From the NCBI GenBank assembly GCA_050949525.1, contig JBMNFW010000001.1:655890-719889 (forward strand): a DNA stretch of 64,000 nucleotides, read 5' to 3'. The position numbers and the translations under genes are program-made. Position 1 is the first letter of the stretch. Every line of letters begins with the position of its first letter. The DNA comes from Patescibacteria group bacterium. Its GTDB lineage: Bacteria; Patescibacteriota; Patescibacteriia; Patescibacteriales; UBA12465. Shown piece by piece: positions 61,114 to 64,000 of the stretch. Below the pieces are notes generated by a model. The model did not search any database. It was not told the DNA's origin and saw only the letters and a list, made by a program, of their open reading frames with translations.

Positions 61114-61908
61114 TTACAAATCATTATTAGCAGAAGCATATTCAGCCACTAAAATCATTTTATCACAAATAGGACATCTAACGTCCAAACAAAAATGACT
61201 GTCAGAATTAATGTTATCGCTAGACCTAGGCGTTCCCCTCCAATCACATATAGGGCATTTAATTTTCATATCATATTTAAAGTCTTTAACTTTTATTATT
61301 TTGGATGGATATTTATCCATAGACTCCCCCGAACACATCTCTCTAAGGTTGCCAGCCAAAAAGACCAAGTCCCAATATAAAGGATTCTCTTTCCACTTAG
61401 ATAATATAGCTGAAATAACTTTTAATTGATGAATTATTAGTTTCTCTTTGGGGGCATTAAATCTGTTAAAAACTTCGTCTCCGTATCCACTATAATCATC
61501 AACTAGCTCAGAATAATTTGCTAAAACATCAGCTGACTTAACCAATAAAGAATCTTTGCTAAATCTCTTAATATGTTTTAAAGCTTCTTTTTTTCTTTCC
61601 TCCCAAGATAAACTTCTATCTTGTTCTGTAACGCTTAAAACTAGTTGAGTGACATTTTTACCAAATCTCTCTGCTATCATTTTGGGGGTTGTTTTTTTAT
61701 CCTTTGGACTGTCCTCTATTGTGTCATGTAATATTCCCGCTACAATAACATCTTCTGAGGCTTTAGCTAAAGATAATATTATTCCAACGGTTAGGGGATG
61801 GGTTATATAGGGGATAACCTTTCCTTTTCTGGTTTGTTGTTGATATTGATTGTGAGTTTTGCTAGCAAATTTAATTGCTCTTCTTATTTTGTCTGAATAA
61901 ATAGTCAT
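61114..61908 (-). CDS. HD-domain (SpoT/Mesh1-type) guanosine polyphosphate hydrolase-like protein with a C-terminal zinc ribbon
   Basis: HPLTVGIIL ... AGILHDTIEDS HD motif as in RelA/SpoT hydrolase domains. C-terminus has CPICDW...CPICDKM. Confidence 0.6.
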   Translation of the reverse strand: MTIYSDKIRRAIKFASKTHNQYQQQTRKGKVIPYITHPLTVGIILSLAKASEDVIVAGILHDTIEDSPKDKKTTPKMIAERFGKNVTQLVLSVTEQDRSLSWEERKKEALKHIKRFSKDSLLVKSADVLANYSELVDDYSGYGDEVFNRFNAPKEKLIIHQLKVISAILSKWKENPLYWDLVFLAGNLREMCSGESMDKYPSKIIKVKDFKYDMKIKCPICDWRGTPRSSDNINSDSHFCLDVRCPICDKMILVAEYASANNDL

Positions 61909-61918
61909 ATTTTTTATA

Positions 61919-62221
61919 TTAATTTTTAAAATGTTCCTCTATTTTTTTATCTATATATTCATCAGAAGAAAAACTCTTGTAACCCTTAATTTCTGGAAAA
62001 ATATATAAACGTTCGCCATGAAAAGCCCAATAATTATAGAAGTCTTCTTTGTCTTTATAATCTTTAACGATATCTTTAAAATCCCTGTCTAAAAAGTCTT
62101 TGCATGCCCTTAGAGCTTCTTCTTTAGTGTTATATTCACCTAATATATAATGACAACTGTCTCTATATTCAGAGGATGTTTGGTGAAACTTATCCTCCAC
62201 TCTCACTTTATATTTTATCAT
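61919..62221 (-). CDS. Hypothetical protein (100 aa from MIKYKVRVEDK...)
   Basis: I prefer the ATG at 62221, which is preceded by GAGAGGGGGGG. The 38-codon N-terminal extension in the track runs through a terminator-like hairpin. Confidence 0.5.
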   Translation of the reverse strand: MIKYKVRVEDKFHQTSSEYRDSCHYILGEYNTKEEALRACKDFLDRDFKDIVKDYKDKEDFYNYWAFHGERLYIFPEIKGYKSFSSDEYIDKKIEEHFKN

Positions 62222-62441
62222 ATTTATCCCCCCCCTCTCTAGCTCAACCAACAAAAAAGCGGTTAAGAGATTTAAACCAAAAGATATTGCTATTCTTGAT
62301 TGAAATCTCCCAACCGCCTTAAAACGATTAGTCATTCACTCCATCTGGCTTACCGCAGATTTCCCAGTTCGCCTACTCAAATTAATGAGAGAAATAAATG
62401 GCACCTTTTTTCTCTGTGCTAGAGTTTTTATTGTTAATTAC
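62222..62441 (-). promoter_or_regulatory. About 220-nt structured 5' leader (riboswitch-like or attenuator), class not recognised
   Basis: Lies between a sigma70-like promoter and the start codon. Contains hairpins agagaaa/tttctct and atctg/cagat, then a terminator. The segment gcggtaag could alternatively pair with the terminator 3' arm cttaaccgc. Confidence 0.4.
62252..62317 (-). terminator. Leader terminator: 15-bp stem followed by a U6 run
   Basis: On the minus strand gcggttgggagattt pairs with aaatctcttaaccgc (two G-U pairs), with a 29-nt loop, followed by tttttt. Confidence 0.5.
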
Positions 62442-62447
62442 ATTATT

Positions 62448-62475
62448 ACTATACCAAAAATAGGGGGAAAGTCAA
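62448..62475 (-). promoter_or_regulatory. Sigma70-like promoter TTGACT-16 nt-TATAGT
   Basis: Read on the minus strand: -35 at 62470-62475 and -10 at 62448-62453. AT-rich background makes chance matches common. Confidence 0.4.
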
Positions 62476-62480
62476 ATTAT

Positions 62481-62882
62481 TTATTGTGCCAACAAAACAC
62501 CAAATACAACAAAAATTAAAATAAGGATAAACCCTGCCAAAAACAAGATGCTTCCATTTCTGTCTTTCTCCCATTTGTTTAAAAAAAACTTTTTAACAAT
62601 TCTTTTTGTTAATTCTCCTCTTTTTACTTTATTATATATTCTTGAGAGCTCGTAGCCAAAATAACCCACAACCATTATACCCCCTAAAACCAAAACAACA
62701 TTATTTCTAGAATTCTCATTGGAAAAAATTGCTATTATAGCGATAATTAACCAAAATACTAGATATCCTAAACCAGCAACAGCGAGGACGACTATAATCC
62801 AAAACAAAACTTTTTTTCCATTTTCGCTCGCCAACAAAACTCCGACTGCTATTATTCCTAAAAGAATATAAATTAAAGCCAT
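62481..62882 (-). CDS. Hypothetical polytopic membrane protein (133 aa)
   Basis: Four hydrophobic segments. No motif recognised. Confidence 0.5.
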   Translation of the reverse strand: MALIYILLGIIAVGVLLASENGKKVLFWIIVVLAVAGLGYLVFWLIIAIIAIFSNENSRNNVVLVLGGIMVVGYFGYELSRIYNKVKRGELTKRIVKKFFLNKWEKDRNGSILFLAGFILILIFVVFGVLLAQ

Positions 62883-63193
62883 AATATTATATTATTCACT
62901 ATATCTGTATTATACCATTTAAAACTATATTTTAAAAGACAAAAATAAAGTCTCTAAAAACAGCTGAGGAGTACAGGTTTTGGGGTAAATAAGCAGATTT
63001 AAGAGTGCTTAGCTTAGAATATAATAAATATAACCCATAAAGCCTTAAATAATATCTTTTAATGGTTTTATATGCTTTTTAAAATATATTTCTTCTTTTA
63101 TATTATTCCTTTATATTATTAGTAGTCGTCTGGCGACTGGTCGTAGGTTATTAGGCAACTATATAATGGTTGCCAAAAAACTTGATTTAATTT

Positions 63194-63412
63194 TTAGTCT
63201 TTTCCATCTCCGGATAGTCCAGCAATAACCATCCCTATTATTCCGATACCCCAAACTATAAAATAAAAAGAAGGAAATACTCCTTCAATAATCCAAAATA
63301 CTATTGAAAATACTACTATTCCTGGACATAGGACAAGAGCAAGAATTGTGCCAAAAAACCCAACCAACTGCTCATAGCCATTAGCCAAAAAAACATCAGA
63401 TCCCTGCCCCAA
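63194..63412 (-). CDS. Hypothetical small membrane protein (72 aa, TTG start; possibly frameshifted)
   Basis: Hydrophobic ORF whose only start is TTG. An 18-codon ATG-initiated ORF (MRKFGKVIGYLMWIGAGI) ends just inside it in another frame. Confidence 0.35.
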   Translation of the reverse strand: MGQGSDVFLANGYEQLVGFFGTILALVLCPGIVVFSIVFWIIEGVFPSFYFIVWGIGIIGMVIAGLSGDGKD

Positions 63413-63539
63413 TCCACATTAAATATCCGATCACTTTGCCAAACTTTCTCATATTGTTTTATTTAAAAAATTAAGGAATAAAATTAAAAAAATATTTTAA
63501 AAACAATATTTTATAAAAATAATAAACTATTAACAAGAA

Positions 63540-64000
63540 TTATTCATCTTGATTTTCAAAATCTTTCCAACAAACATCAGTCTTATAACCAATCAAGTCT
63601 TCAAGATAATTTTGAGCATCAAAAATATCTCCAATTTCATCAATAAGGCCATTTTCTAAAGCCATTTGGCCCAGCATAGTTGAACCATCAGATAATTTTG
63701 AAACATATTCTATTCCAAGGTTTCTATTATTAGCTATCAATTCAACAAAATTTTGATGCATTATATTTACATCCCTCATTAATACATCTTTTTCTTTTTG
63801 TGATAATGATTTATCTGGGTCTCCACTGTTTTTAAATTCACTTGAAGATAATTCAACATATTTTATACCATCTCTCCTATTAGCCTCGCTATAATCTAAA
63901 TAAGACATAGTAACCCCCATACCAAAAATATCAGAATTCTTTGAAGCAAATATTTTATCAGCTCCTGTAGCGGCTATATAAGCAGCAGAAACACCCCCGC
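63540..64000 (-). CDS. sppA: Signal peptide peptidase SppA (S49), C-terminal part; N-terminus beyond the right edge (partial)
   Basis: The frame stays open upstream of the track Met to the window edge (…GGVSAAAYIAATGADKIFASKNSDIFGMGV…). The C-terminal S49 pattern is GSTMLGQMALENGLIDEIG. Confidence 0.7.
   Translation of the reverse strand, partial: GGVSAAYIAATGADKIFASKNSDIFGMGVTMSYLDYSEANRRDGIKYVELSSSEFKNSGDPDKSLSQKEKDVLMRDVNIMHQNFVELIANNRNLGIEYVSKLSDGSTMLGQMALENGLIDEIGDIFDAQNYLEDLIGYKTDVCWKDFENQDE

Noticed and set aside
4121-61429. About 30 track ORFs of 60-100 aa lying antisense to, or out of frame within, longer genes. Examples: 4121..4360, 8907..9113, 10640..10822, 10865..11074, 11558..11773, 20509..20694, 21323..21574, 27779..27970, 28324..28623, 33982..34224, 35929..36114, 37790..38023, 40997..41260, 43465..43686, 43589..43816, 47743..47964, 48232..48465, 48450..48644, 49034..49219, 49503..49757, 49998..50294, 50522..50743, 50556..50777, 53063..53284, 54024..54215, 55889..56080, 61195..61380, 61211..61429.
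   Set aside because: Each is fully or largely overlapped by a longer ORF with recognisable motifs or better context. Their translations are low-complexity shadow-frame products. None has independent support.
62222-62335. 38-codon N-terminal extension of the 138-aa ORF (MTNRFKAVGRFQSRIAISFGLNLLTAFLLVELERGGIN).
   Set aside because: It runs through a 15-bp stem plus U6 terminator-like structure, and a strong G-rich Shine-Dalgarno sequence precedes the internal ATG at 62221. The long form remains possible and is listed as the refutation test for the leader finding.
63413-63470. An 18-codon ATG ORF (MRKFGKVIGYLMWIGAGI) ending inside the TTG-initiated 72-aa membrane ORF, suggesting a frameshifted gene around the G-runs at 63400-63415.
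   Set aside because: This is plausible but unsupported. There is no recognisable family on which to anchor a frameshift call, and the ORFs are very short. It is noted only in the feature evidence.

Overview
The window is AT-rich and densely coding, with many small genes. Its content suggests a fermentative Candidate Phyla Radiation / Patescibacteria-type organism; this is an inference, since no search was possible. The supporting genes are a four-subunit 2-oxoacid:ferredoxin oxidoreductase (PFOR), an ADP-forming acetyl-CoA synthetase, a class III ribonucleotide reductase, VirB2/TrbC-like pilin-module proteins and many small membrane proteins. TGA acts as a stop codon (for example at the end of porA). 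All domain calls come from motifs read in the supplied translations.

Core blocks:
- 1-20 kb: surface proteins, rsmA, a split PFOR locus, xth, recJ, lepA, murJ and acd.
- 32-46 kb: tRNA-Gln, ftsEX with an RlpA/DD-carboxypeptidase fusion, a GT2 synthase, a TraD-like ATPase, nrdR-nrdD-nrdG, yebC and an M23 peptidase.

Accessory blocks:
- 22-32 kb: a HigBA-like toxin-antitoxin pair, an IS3-family copy, a three-gene cassette and an IS481-like copy. The cassette encodes a 1024-aa GHKL-ATPase/DUF3883-nuclease protein, a 214-aa protein and an 85-aa Cys-heptad peptide.
- 46-63 kb: a second, nonsense-mutated IS481-like copy, then tRNA-Ala followed by a G+C-richer island, two more IS3 copies that split genes, a membrane thermonuclease and an HD-domain hydrolase operon behind a riboswitch-like leader. 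The island carries XRE, a paralog of the 214-aa protein, membrane proteins, a very GC-rich hairpin cluster, int, xis, a D5/P4-type helicase and iteron-like repeats.

Observations most worth follow-up:
1. The IS-flanked ATPase-nuclease cassette, whose accessory gene recurs in the tRNA-Ala island.
2. The porA-X-porB-Y operon, which interleaves pilin-module Cys-rich surface proteins (one fused to NlpC/P60) with PFOR subunits.
3. A class III RNR whose glycyl-radical motif sits on a separate 50-codon ORF.
4. A roughly 200-nt GC-rich structured element next to the integrase.
5. A promoter-leader-terminator unit upstream of the HD hydrolase operon.
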